A program made the position numbers and the translations under genes. The notes below the pieces were generated by a model. That model ran no database searches. It was not told the origin of the DNA and was given only the letters and a program-made list of their open reading frames with translations. A stretch of DNA of 64,000 nt from Macrostomum lignano (taxonomy: Eukaryota): positions 124,001-188,000 of the forward strand of contig NIVC01000326.1 of NCBI GenBank assembly GCA_002269645.1, given 5' to 3'. Below, piece by piece: positions 1-12,394 of the stretch (positions are counted from its first letter, which is position 1; each line of letters opens with the position of its first letter).

Positions 1-1383
1 TAAAAGTTACTATCATATTTATGAATAACATGTTACTTTTTTTTAATTTAACCATCACAGTATTTGCACAGCAAGTTTGTCTTATTATTTATGTGGTCAC
101 TGTAATAATAACAATTGCCAATATTTTAAATTCTAATGTATTCTGATAAAATTCTAACCTGAGTGGTTTCTACTAGGCCTAGTATATGTACTTTTTCAAT
201 ATAGGTATCGTCACCATTACCATCTAAATTTAGATACTACATTACTATCTAAATTTAGATATTATCTAAAAAAACTAAAATATTGACATTTGACTTAAAA
301 AATTGATACTTTTGTATTATCCTTGTGGGTCTTTACAACAATATAACTCACACAAGACTTGGAAGATTAAAACTTAGATTTTTACTAACACTTGATACAT
401 TCTTATGTTAACTTATGCCTTCCTTTTCTTCCCTTTTATTTGCTAACTACCCTTTATTATATAGCACTTTGTAGTCTAGGCTCTCTTTGCCATAGACAAG
501 ATTTTGTGGCATATGAAGCCACTAAAATTTTGTATTTTTAAAAAAGAACAAATGGTAAATTTCAGTATCAAAAGTTATTATAAACATTTAGCTTTAATAA
601 ATATATACCTAATTAACTTTTTAATTTTTTGGGGCCTAACTAATATTTTAAGATGTACTCATTGTTGGGCACCATTATTAAAAATTTGAACTTTTCTTAA
701 CTTGGCAAAAGCTGAATTGACACAAGTTTGGTTTCCTTTAAAAGCAATAGGTCTCTTCTTTAAAATGACTTAAATTGCAATTGATTTAGATTTGTATTTC
801 ATGAGATATGTGCACTTAAGTAGAGGGAGATCAGTTGTAGACTTACAGAACCTAGACACAAGATTTCTGGATAGACAATCCAGTTTCATGTCCTCAGTGA
901 GCCGTCAGGGAAATTTGGGCATACATTACACCTTCCTGACTATAGGGCCTAAAATAAGACAAAAGAGTTAAAAGCATAGGTTATAGCCAAAAATGATCAA
1001 GAATGGTGTCGTACATTTTACTAAGGCTTTTTTAGATGATAAAATTTAAGTTCTTTGAGAATGATTGAAAAATGCATATTATATATGACAAAAAATTATA
1101 GAGAAGTACTGACTAGCCTTGTATAATTTTAGCCTTTTAAAAATCATCTATGTTGATAATAACTAAGCTAATTTCATAATGAAGTTTAAGCTTTTGTCTA
1201 AATTTTAAATTAAATGTAAGCCATTAGAAAGATGGAAGAAATATTACCTTTAATCTTTTAAGCTGAGGAATTAAAATCAAAATATATTCTGGTCTAGTGA
1301 ATAATCTTTGTTTATATTTAGCTTTTGGATAATCTTTCTACTAAACTTGATTTCAGCCAGTTATCACCATCAGCAGTATCAAT

Positions 1384-4300
1384 ATGGTTTTAGTAGATTT
1401 AGCCTGCAAAAATTGCAAGAAGTCTTATGCTGATCTAAGTACATTTCTGCAGCATACAGTGAGCTGCAGCCAGCCAGCATCTAGTGTACATGTGTGCTCA
1501 TTGTGCCAGATGGTCACTAACAAGAAGACCATCATCGATAAGCATTGTCGGCAAGCTCATAATGGCCAGGTAAGTTCTTGTTGTAACCTTGGGGCCCCAA
1601 TCATTGTTTGTTTCTAAGATACATCACCTTTGTCTTTGTCTTGCTTTCAAATTCTTGGAATTTTACTTAGCTCAACTCGAACTCGAAACTTTACATAATC
1701 AAAATTCAGTACAAAATCGCTAGTATTTCTATGTAGTCACTTTTGCTAGCTTTGGCAGTGTGAAATTCCAACCAATTTTCACGCAGGGTAAAATGCGTTG
1801 CCATATCAGCTTTCCCGGCAAGCCATCGGCTTCGGGTGGCACATCCGCATCCGCTGATGCCACCGCTGCGTCTGCATCCGGCAGCAACTCGCGGAAGCGG
1901 GCCAGACCTTCTCTACGCGCCGCCGTAGTCAACAGCCAGAATGGAGAGGACGAGGAGGTAAGCAAGGGGTTGCTTCTGGTATCCCAATCTTCTGGTCAAA
2001 GTCAAAGTCAGACATGAGCTGGCAAGAAGAAAGCGCTTTAGGCTTAAGCCTAACAGTTTATCGGCCTGACTTTGCACTGCACTCTCAAAAGTGGCACCCA
2101 CAGATGAATTTTTATGTTGTTGGGTATAAATTTCGAGTCTCAGGCAGTCTGAAGTCGGTAAAGCGGGATTAATATGCTGATTTTTTATTAGTCTGTCTGT
2201 AGAAAGTCTGTAGATTATATCAGATTGTAAAACTAATGAATTTCTAGTTTTACTCTCACAAAGGCAAAAAACGCTAATTTTGCTACTGATTAAGAGTAGA
2301 TGAACGCATTTTGCGAGTAACGCTTCTATTTATTCTAGTGTTTTAAATGTCTTGATAAAGTTGAATTTCTTGGAAATTTAAAAATCCCTCAGGAGGAAGA
2401 GGAAGCACCAGAAGGAGCCGTCGGCGGGTCGGTCGCAACGACAGCCAATCAAAAGCGCCGGCTAGTTGCTAGGCGCCGCCAGCCAAAAAAGGCGCAGCAG
2501 AAAAAACAAAAAACGTTGCAACGGCCATCCGAAAGTCGCCGAGGTCGCGCTGACAGCTCCAGCGGCGGCAGCGACAGCTCCGCCCCGGTGTCAGTAGCTT
2601 CGGCCGCTGTCGAAGGCAAAGCCGAGCCGCCGCCTCCGCCTGCCCCTCCGGCGCCCGACGACGAGGCTGACGATGAGGTGTCGGCCCGCGACCCCTTCGA
2701 TGCCTCATCCTTGATTGGCTTCACGCCCATCACGGGCCACCTGCCAGTGCGCGCCGTGCGCTGCGGTGACCGCCTGTTTGCTGGCGACGGCAGCGGCGGG
2801 CAGCAGGCCAAGCCCACAGTGCGCTTCTACCAGGAAGGCCTGCAGGTCTGTCAGCAAATTGCTTTTTTGTGTCATCCAGACTCCATCATCCAGACTCCAG
2901 ACTCCACCCAGACTCCATCATGCAGATCCCAGATTCCATCATGCAGATCCCAGATTCCATCATGCAGATCCCAGATTCCATCATGCAGATCCCAGATTCC
3001 ATCATGCAGATCCCAGATTCCATCATGCAGATCCCAGACTCTGTTATGCAGATCCCAGACTCCATCATGCAGATCCCAGATTCCATCATGCAGATCCCAG
3101 ATTCCATCATGCAGATCCCAGACTCTGTTATGCAGATCCCAGACTCCATCATGCAGATCCCAGATTCCATCATGCAGATCCCAGATTCCATCATGCAGAT
3201 CCCAGACTCTGTTATGCAGATCCCAGACTCCATCATGCAGATCCCAGATTCCATCATGCAGATCCCAGATTCCATCATGCAGATCCCAGATTCCATCATG
3301 CAGATCCCAGACTCTGTTATGCAGATCCCAGACTCCATCATGCAGATCCCAGATTCCATCATGCAGATCCCAGATTCCATCATGCAGATCCCAGACTCTG
3401 TTATGCAGATCCCAGACTCCATCATGCAGATCCCAGATTCCATCATGCAGATCCCAGATTCCATCATGCAGATCCCAGACTCTGTTATGCAGATCCCAGA
3501 TTCCATCATGCAGATCCCAGATTCCATCATGCAGATCCCAGACTCTGTTATGCAGATCCCAGATTCCATCATGCAGATCCCAGATTCCATCATGCAGATC
3601 CCAGATTCCATCATGCAGATCCCAGACTCTGTTATGCAGATCCCAGACTCCATCATGCAGATCCCAGTTTCCATCATGCAGATCCCAGACTCTGTTATGC
3701 AGATCCCAGACTCCATCATGCAGATCCCAGATTCCATCATGCAGATCCCAGATTCCATCATGCAGATCCCAGATTCCATCATGCAGATCCCAGACTCTGT
3801 TATGCAGATCCCAGACTCCATCATGCAGATCCCAGATTCCATCATGCAGATCCCAGACTCTGTTATGCAGATCCCAGACTCCATCATGCAGATCCCAGAT
3901 TCCATCATGCAGATCCCAGATTCCATCATGCAGATCCCAGACTCTGTTATGCAGATCCCAGATTCCATCATGCAGATCCCAGATTCCATCATGCAGATCC
4001 CAGATTCCATCATGCAGATCCCAGACTCTGTTATGCAGATCCCAGATTCCATCATGCAGATCCCAGACTCTGTTATGCAGATCCCAGACTCCATCATGCA
4101 GATTCCAGACTCCATCATGGAGATCCCAGACTCCATCGCGTAGATCCCAGACTCCATCGTGTAGATCCCAGACTCCATCTTGTAGATCCCAGACTCCATC
4201 GCGTAGATCCCAGACTCCATCGTGTAGATCCCAGATTCCATCATGCAGATCCCAGACTCCATCGTGTAGATCCCAGACTTCATCATGCAGATCCCAGGCT

Positions 4301-4896
4301 CCATCATGCAGATCCCAGACTCCATCATGCAGATCCCAGACTCCATCGTGCAGATTCCAGGACTCCATGCAGGTCCCAGACTCCGTCATGCAGATCCCAG
4401 ATTCCATCATGCAGATCTAATATACAGGATCCTACGAACGACTTCAAACCCCTAGAGAAAAAATAGGGATTTTAAGTGGCTACATTGCTCAGGTCGTTGA
4501 CATATCCATATCCAGACTCCCTCGCTCCTCACCAAACCCCATCAGCTGCTTCTGGACGGGCACAACCTGTTCTTCGCCTATCGCCAACTGTCCAACCTGA
4601 TATTCTCCGAGTTCGGCTACAACTGCCTTGTTGGCTGCCTGTACGATTCCGACTTCCGTCGCCTCTGCAGCCGATTTGACGTCAGTCCCGACCGGTGCAG
4701 ACACGACTGGCGCTTTCGGGTCTGCCTGCGGTTGGCCGCCCCGCTACCGCCCGCCCAGCTGCTGCAGTTCCGCCGCTGCGTTGCCAAGGAGCGCCGGAAC
4801 ATAACCGATGTGTTCGCGCTGCGCCGCCTGCTGCTGCTGACTGAGGACTGGAGCCACCGGATGGCCAATTCCATTGGCATGGCTGACGAGTCTTGA
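1384..4896 (+). CDS. C2H2 zinc-finger protein with low-complexity middle and an unassigned C-terminal domain (4-exon model, ~396 aa; may extend 5')
   Basis: Exons 1384-1569, 1787-1957, 2393-2845 and 4516-4896. All introns are GT..AG, phase 0, and the frame stays open. Exon 1 encodes CKNC..H...C and CSLC..H...H zinc-finger patterns. The last exon reads TPSLLTKPHQLLLDGHNLFFAYRQLSNLIFSEFGY...MADES*. The donor at 2846 (GTCTGT) is weak. An extra upstream exon (801-896 spliced to 1357) is possible but unproven. Confidence 0.6.
2877..4420. repeat. 21-bp minisatellite (CAGATCCCAGATTCCATCATG, variant ...GACTCTGTTATG), ~70 units, in intron 3 of the zinc-finger gene
   Basis: Directly visible tandem array; explains the long SCRSQIP/HHADPRF/MQIPDSI ORFs. 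Confidence 0.97.
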
Positions 4897-4980
4897 CGTG
4901 CCATTGCCGTTTTGATACTCGAGTACAATTGCACTTTTGTTTTAAAATATGCAGAGTGCTCATTCAAACTGTTCCTATAT

Positions 4981-6360
4981 CCCAGATCCTAGATCCCAGA
5001 TCCTAGATCCCAGATCCTAGATCCCAGATCCTAGATCCCAGATCCTAGATCCCAGATCCTAGATCCCAGATCCTAGATCCCAGATCCTAGATCCCAGATC
5101 CTAGATCCCAGATCCTAGATCCCAGATCCTAGATCCCAGATCCTAGATCCCAGATCCTAGATCCCAGATCCTAGATCCCAGATCCTAGATCCCAGATCCT
5201 AGATCCCAGATCCTAGATCCCAGATCCTACGCTCGTAGATCCCAGATCCTAGATCCCAGATCCTAGATCCCAGATCCTAGATCCCAGATCCCAGATCCTA
5301 GATCCCAGATCCTAAATCCCAGATCCTAGATCCCAGATCCTAGATCCCAGATCCTAGATCCCAGATCCTAGATCCCAGATCCTAGATCCCAGATCCTAGA
5401 TCCCAGATCCTAGATCCCAGATCCTAGATCCCAGATCCTAGATCCCAGATCCTAGATCCCAGATCCTAGATCCCAGATCCTAGATCCCAGATCCTAGATC
5501 CCAGATCCTAGATCCCAGATCCTAGATCCCAGATCCTAGATCCCAGATCCTAGATCCCAGATCCTAGATCCCAGATCCTAGATCCCAGATCCCAGATCCT
5601 AGATCCCAGATCCTAGATCCCAGATCCTAGATCCCAGATCCTAGATCCCAGATCCTAGATCCCAGATCCTAGATCCCAGATCCTAGATCCTAGATCCCAG
5701 ATCCTAGATCCCAGATCCTAGATCCTAGATCCCAGATCCTAGATCCCAGATCCTAGATCCTAGATCCCAGCTTCCTGTTCCTACTGACCCAGATCCTGAA
5801 TCCAAAATCCAGATCCCAGCTTCCAGTTCCTACTATCCCAGATCCTGAATCCCAAATCCAGATCCCAGCTTTCAGTTCCTACTATTCCAGATCCTATATC
5901 CCAGATCCTAGATTCCAGTTGTTACTATTCCAGATCCCAGCTTCCAGTTCCTACTATTCCAGATCCTATATCCCAGATCCCAGCTTCCAGTTCCTACTAT
6001 CCCAGATCCTAGATTCCAGTTCCTACTATCCTAGATCCTAAATCCCAGATCCCAGCTTCCAGTTCCTACTATTCCAGATCCTAGATTCCAGTTCCTAGCT
6101 ACTATTCCAGATCCTAGATTCCAGTTTCTACTATCCCAGATCCTAGATTCCAGTTCCTACTATTCCAGATCCCAGCTTCCAGTTCCTACTATTCCAGATC
6201 CTAAATCCCAGATCCCAGCTTCCAGTTCCTACTATCCCAGATCCTAAATCCCAAATCCAGATCCCAGATCCCAGATTCTTGATCCCAGATCCGAGATCTC
6301 AGACCCTAGACCCAGATCCGAGATCTCAGATCCCAGATCCCTAGATCCCAAATCCTGGAT
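4981..6360. repeat. 14-bp satellite (CCCAGATCCTAGAT) to ~5770, followed by a degenerate CTTCCAGTTCCTACTATTCCAGATCC array
   Basis: Directly visible. Confidence 0.95.
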
Positions 6361-7646
6361 TCATAGTGGATCTCATATGCTGAATCATCCATTCCACATA
6401 TTTTCTCGTCCAAGCTGCCCGCTTATGTGCTACTTCAGTTACTTTGATATGTGACCCCCGTTCAGTGCTTGTAATCTTCAACATCTGTCATCTGTTTATC
6501 TCCAAATTGCGCTCCTACCAACGAACACAGGTAGTATATGCCTTCCATTTGTATTGTTTTCACTTTGATATTCGTCATAATTATAGAATTTTTATTCTGT
6601 TGAAATTCTTCCTAACATTACAAAGGCTCAGATCCAACATGTGATGCAATAACGCTGTTCACGATTTGCATTTCTTTGAAAAATAGCCTTTGAATCTAAT
6701 TTCACCCTAGTCAGCTATGAAGTTTACCAAAAATATGTCTTCTACTCGCTTAATTGGCAGGAGACAGTAGCATGTATCGCACACTAAATGATTTTTTTGC
6801 TTTTGAAATTCACTTCTCATTACTTTTTAGTAATTTATTTGCATTCAGTTCAGCCAGTCACAAGTCACCGGCTTTTCTTCACCAATGTTTTCACTGCCTG
6901 TCTGTTTAACTTTTAGTTGGTGTTTAAAATGCTCTCTGTTCATCCGTGTGGTTGCAATAAATTTGTCGTTTCTAAACATAAATAGGCGCACAATTTTTCG
7001 TTTGCGTCGTTTATTTAAACAAAAGTTAACATGTTGGCACTAATTCTTGGCCTACTTATCACCAGTAGCATCATACAGACATCTTAACGAGATTTATTAT
7101 AAATAAATATATATCTGCGAGTCTTGCGTGTAAATTTTGCAAAAAAGCAAGAAGTTAAAACTCAAAATTTCAGAAAAAATTCAACGGGTTCTCAAAATAA
7201 CAAGATTATTGTCATGCTATAAAATAATATTTAGATACTTTAATTTAATATCGGACTCATTCATTCGACTTGAATTTTTACTGCCGATATGTTTCGTAAG
7301 ACCCGTTATTCTGAAGCAAAGTTAAGAAAACATTTCAATAAATATTTCCGAGTTCTGATGTGCATTTAAAAAAAATGTAGGGTTTTTAATCAAATATAAT
7401 TTTTATTTTGGACTAGTTTCTGAGAAATGGAACTGTATATGCATATTTAATTTGGTCAAATTACAAAATCTTGCCGTACGGCGCACGTGTATATGTACCG
7501 TTTCTACTTAGGAATAATCAGCAAAACTAATCAGTTAGATATTTTTTTGCAAAATGAAGCCCACAAATTCATAAACCTACTAGTATACTTTGTCTCAGAG
7601 TCTGTTAACCCATTAACTGTAAAAAGAATCTATTACAAAAATGTAG

Positions 7647-7719
7647 TGCCCCGTGTGAGGATCGAACTCACGACCTTCAGATTATGAGACTGACGCGCTA
7701 CCTACTGCGCTAACGAGGC
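7647..7719 (-). tRNA. tRNA-Met (CAT), elongator type
   Basis: Reverse complement GCCTCGTTAGCGCAGTAGGTAGCGCGTCAGTCTCATAATCTGAAGGTCGTGAGTTCGATCCTCACACGGGGCA is 73 nt with a full cloverleaf, CAT anticodon and A/B boxes. A T5 Pol III terminator lies just downstream (~7636-7640). Confidence 0.97.
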
Positions 7720-8051
7720 AGCTGGTGGAGGGAGATTTGTTTGGCTTTTTAAACTAATAAAAATGCACTACAAAATTTTGAGTCAATCAATCCATCAATC
7801 TAGGCTATTCATGATCAATTGAATTTGTGAACCGACAATTTTAAACTCGCCGGAGTCAGCTTTAAAATGAGTCTTATGCACGCTGCTGAGGGTACTATAT
7901 TTATGTTTCCACTTTTCAAGCTACTGACCTGTATTAAAAAGCATCAGAGAGGGGCCTAATTGATGTGGAAGTGGAAGTACTTATTCAGTTTTTTCAGTAC
8001 AGCTGCGTTTCAGGGTGCAGTCCGCAAAACCAAAAGCATCAAAAGGTTTTC

Positions 8052-8348
8052 GGAGTGACTGATATGGTGAGGTCTGCAGAGTGATTGATGGTGAGGTCTG
8101 CAGAGTGACTGACGGTGAGGTCTGCGGAGTGACTGACAATGAGGTCCGCGGAGTGACTGACAATGGGGTCTGCGGAGTGACTGACAGTGGGGTCTACGGA
8201 GTGACTGACAGTGGCGTCTGCGGAGTGACTGACAATGGGGTCTGCGGAGTGACTGACAGTGGGGTCTGCGGAGTGACTGACAGCGAGGTCTGTGGAGTGA
8301 CTGACGGTGGGGTCTGCGGAGTGACTGACAGTGCTTGGGGTCTGCGGA
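8052..8348. repeat. 24-bp minisatellite (GTGACTGACAGTGGGGTCTGCGGA)
   Basis: About 12 tandem units visible. Confidence 0.92.
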
Positions 8349-8781
8349 ATTATTCATTGTGAGGTTTGTAGATTAACTGACAGGAGGTTTGAATCGGTAA
8401 ACGGTCAAAATTAGCTAATAAATCGACATGTTACATGTTTACTAATGAATTGAAACTTTGACAGAAGTAAAACACAAAGTGGGAAAGTGACCTCATTAAT
8501 ATTTTTGCAACCCGTTTCATATAATTTACCCTCGCAATTAAGAGGTGTGGCGCTATTCAATACGAGCTAGTAGTCTACTTTTAGAGGCATCACATCGCAA
8601 GAAAAGGAAATTTTCGAACCATAGACAGCTGATGTAAGTTAAGTGGCGAACGCTTGCTCTCTATAGAGTCAAGCCTCACTTGGCTCACGCTCGATCAGGC
8701 CTAGAGAGAAGCTGTCAGATAGAACGCTTGTTTCCATTGCAAGAATATTCCAAAACCGCGAGTAAGTTATAGAATCAGGCC

Positions 8782-9944
8782 ATGCCTGGACCCTGCGGCT
8801 TCAACGCTGTGAAAGTCGCTCTTGCGCTGCTCAGCTTCGCCTTGATGACGCGCGGCGTTCTGGCTTGCAAAAAATCCAGTGAGACCGGCTTTCTTTTGAT
8901 CTGAACTGCTATCAGGGATATGTATCGAAATTGTGTTTTTTAGCCATGAGTATAAAAGTATTTATGGTTTGTTTACTCTTGAGTTGCTTAAATTAAGTAG
9001 CTCATAATTAACTGCCTGTCACTCGCCCAACTCTCATCCTTACTCTGCCACTGCTCACTGTCACCCCCATTCTGTCACTCCTCACTGTCACTCCTCACTC
9101 TGCCACTCCCCACTCTGTCACTCTCCCACTCTGTCACTCCCCCACTCTGTCACTCCTCACTCTGTCACTCTCCCACTCTTTCACTCCTCACTCTGTCACT
9201 ACTCCACTGTCACTCCCCCACTCCTCACTCTGTCAATCCTCACTCTGTCACTCCTCACTCTGTCACTCCTCCCACTCTGTCACTCCCCCACTGTCACTCC
9301 CCGACTCCTCACTCTGTCACTCCCCCACTCTTTCACTCCCCCACTCCGTCACTCCTCACTCTGTCACTCCTCCACTCTTTCACTCCCCCACTCTGTCACT
9401 CCCCCACTCTGTCACCCCTCACTCTGTCACTCCCCCACTCTTTCACTCCCCCACTCTGTCACTCCCCCACTCTGTCACCCCTCACTCTGTCACTCCCCCA
9501 CTCTTTCACTCCCCCACTCCGTCACTCCTCACTCTGTCACTCCCCCACTCTTTCACTCCCCCACTCTGTCACTCCCCCACTCTGTCACTCCCCCACTCTG
9601 TCACTCCCCCACTCTGTCACCCCTCGCTCGCAGTCATAAAGGCGGCGGCCCCTAAGCCACATCCAGTCTACGAGGGCTGTTACGTGGACAAGCGAGTCCC
9701 CCGAGACCTGCCCACCCTGGCCGGCTACAACCCGGACATGAAGCGGGAACTGTGCGAGACCTGGTGCCGCAAGTACCAAGCCAAGTACTTCGGCCTGCAG
9801 GAGGGCATCTCATGCTGGTGCGGCCAGGAGTTCGGCAAGCACGGCAAAGCGGAAGAGGTCATGTGCTCAACTCGGTGCGTCGGAGAGCGTAAAGACCGCT
9901 GCGGCGGCCTGCTGCACAACTCGGTGTACAAGATTGTGTACTGA
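8782..9944 (+). CDS. Secreted single WSC-domain protein, copy 1 (~135 aa)
   Basis: Exon 8782-8878 encodes a signal-peptide-like MPGPCGFNAVKVALALLSFALMTRGVLA with donor A|GTGAGA. A phase-1 intron leads to exon 9634-9944, which carries the WSC pattern YEGCYVD..RDL...C...C....YFGLQEGISCWCG...C...CVG....CGG...NSVY. Confidence 0.88.
9020..9625. repeat. Pyrimidine-rich minisatellite (CACTCTGTCACTCCC) running up to the WSC1 acceptor
   Basis: Directly visible. Confidence 0.92.
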
Positions 9945-10419
9945 GAGGCCGGCGGATGACTCTATAGTTCCCCTTAGCAAGTTTCTAGTTCTGCAGCTAC
10001 GGAGCTTCGCCATCATGCGACGTCAGCAAGGAGCATAAACCATCTGTAGAAGTTTTTTTCTGCCCTGAACATTCCCCCTCCCACGGCAGTGCAAATTAGG
10101 GACGGTTTTTTTTTAATTAGGTTTAGTCACCCATGCCAAAGGCTTTTGCACCACTTATTGGAATATATGCCTTCACAGTGCATGTGTACCGATGGCCTCA
10201 GAAATAAGATCCGTCCCAATAAGCCTTGTCTGGAACTTGAATATTTATTTCTCGAATTTTTGTGGCTTTAAACTTAGCAATACAAAGGTGTTTTCTTGCA
10301 ACAAGTTGTCTACCATTTACTTTATTAACTAAATAGACTTTAATAAGTTTTCTTTTGTCACTTTGTCACTCTGGGGTTTTGCAGCAGAATTTTAAGACAA
10401 GAAAAAGTTGCCGATAAAA

Positions 10420-11325
10420 AAGCACTTTTAATCGTGTCGTAGCAATAAGGTTGCTACGCCTCGGAGCCGCCGGCACCTCGATTTCGGTGTTGGGGCTGCC
10501 TGGCCTCGGGAGTCTCGGTCCGCGCTCGGTCACTTGCTCCTGCCCTGGCGTGACTGTCGAGTCGACGGTCAGCGGCCGAATTTGGTCCCGATGGGCGAGG
10601 ACCGGCCGGTTGTTGTCGCGGATGATCACCGCCGTGTTGCTGCCAGCTTGGACCACTTAGCGAGCGGGCTCGGCCGTTGCACTGGAGCTTGGCTGGTAAA
10701 CAACTGTGCGTCAATCTCTAAGGCCATCGTGAGCGGACTCCTCAGCTGTCGGCCCATCAGTGCCGACGGGCTGCCCCGGCCGTCGCTCCTCGCCGTCGAA
10801 CGGTAATTGAGCAGCAGCTTGGCCAGGTACGCTTCGAAGGATCCGCGGTGCGCTGCGAATTCCCGGAGCCCGTGTTTCACCGTCTGGACCATGCGCTCAG
10901 CACAGCCGTTGGACTGCGGATGGTACGGCGGCGAGTGAACCAGGTTGCACCCAATGCGCTGTAGCCAATGCTGCAGCTCGCCGTCGCAGAATTCTGGCGC
11001 GTTGTCTGCAGATACCAGGGTCCGGGGCACGCCTCGCCTCGAGAAGATCGCCCGCAGGATCCGCAGCGTCGTTCTGGCCGTCTTGTCGGGCACCAGCACC
11101 GCCTCCGGCCAACCAGAGTAGGCGTCCATCGCGATGAGGAGGGAGCCGGCTCCTTGCACGTGCTCGTGGTCGCTTGTCTCCGCCCGTTGTCTCCGCTGGC
11201 CAAGGTGTGCATCGTGCGGGCTGGTGACGTGCGGATCTCCGCGCATCTCACACACTGCTTGACGTATCGCTCGACGTCGTTGTAGTGACCCGGCCACCAG
11301 GCCTCTCGCTTGAGCCGATAATGGG
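10420..11325 (-). mobile_element. Degenerate Ty3/Gypsy integrase fragment
   Basis: Frameshifted pieces: AWWPGHYNDVERYVKQCVRC (H2C2 zinc region), DAYSGWPE, LVSADNAPEF, PPYHPQSNGCAERMVQTVK, LLNYRST (rve core). No LTR seen. Confidence 0.9.
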
Positions 11326-11394
11326 CAGATGTGCAACCGGCAGCTCAGCCGCAGCTATTGCGCGGCACACCTGAAGGCTGCGTACGGATGTTCA
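11326..11394 (-). mobile_element. Fragment of a dispersed non-LTR-like 3'-end repeat
   Basis: Reverse complement TGAACATCCGTACGCAGCCTTC...GCAATAGCTGCGGCTGAGCTGCCGGTTGCACATCTG matches ~43190-43260 and 12664-12713. Confidence 0.7.
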
Positions 11395-12394
11395 ATCCAA
11401 AGACTCTGGGAGGGGGCGCCTACACAAAATTACCCCAGCTAATGCTAGTACCCATCAAAGACCACTAGCAGTATATCAGGAGGCTACACTCAAAGATCGA
11501 GTAATGTTTTTGGAGGCCAAAATCCGTCAAAGAATGGTAGTCTTCATTAAGCCAGATCAGAGGACGACTATGAGTCTTTTTTAGTTATCACTGACCCAGA
11601 TAAAATGCCATCATAGATTTTTGTGATGAAAAAATGAACTTTTCCTATCGCCGCAGTGTATTTTTTTACGGAAATCGGCCTCCAAAACATTACACGATCT
11701 TTGAGTGTCGAGGATATAGATCAAGAAGTTTGATGACTTCGAACGCTGTCAGCTGCGCACTCGTGAATTTTCTGCTTTTTTTTAACTCTTGTTTAACTGT
11801 GAATAAGCTTACTGTAACTATGTTTTTACCATAGACTATAGAACATTGCGTAACGCTACCTCAGCAAATCAAAAACTGAGACTGCATTTAGACTGCATAG
11901 ATTTCGGCCATAGACTACTGATTCTCTTAACGGAGGAACTCGCACCGAAATGGACTTCATTTCTCTACTGAGTGCAACGGACCACGCAAATAAAGACAAT
12001 CTTGATGCGTTTATTCGCTTCTTGAAAAATCCAGCTAACGATGCCCAGTCGGTGCATGACATACAACTGTCAGATCTACCAGAGAATCCACTCTCTGTCG
12101 GTTGACCATCTCGAACGAATTGACATCGATTCGCTTCCCAAGAGTACACGAGACCAGATGCAGCAACATAGCAAGGCATTTGTGGACTTTCTAAGAACCC
12201 AAGCTGAAGTTTCCCAGCTAAATCATAGTAACTATCGTCTATGGGGCATTTAAGTTTGCAGCTGAATGAGCTGCAACACTATAAATTTATTTCAGGCTTA
12301 TATACTTGAAGCTGAATCCAGCTTTAGCATTTATGCACCAGGGCACCAGTGAAACTAAAAAGATTTACCTGCCAACAGTTTTAATCCCGACGCC

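Noticed and set aside
883-900. Minus-strand CTGAGGACATGAAAC resembling a hammerhead ribozyme core
   Set aside because: No room for stem II, and no flanking stems I/III seen
2715-4466. Long ORFs of 424-583 aa in alternative frames and on the minus strand
   Set aside because: They are translations of a 21-bp tandem repeat lacking stop codons and are open in most frames at once
11400-12253. Fragmentary ORF-like sequence between the WSC genes
   Set aside because: No recognisable motif and broken frames; probably TE debris
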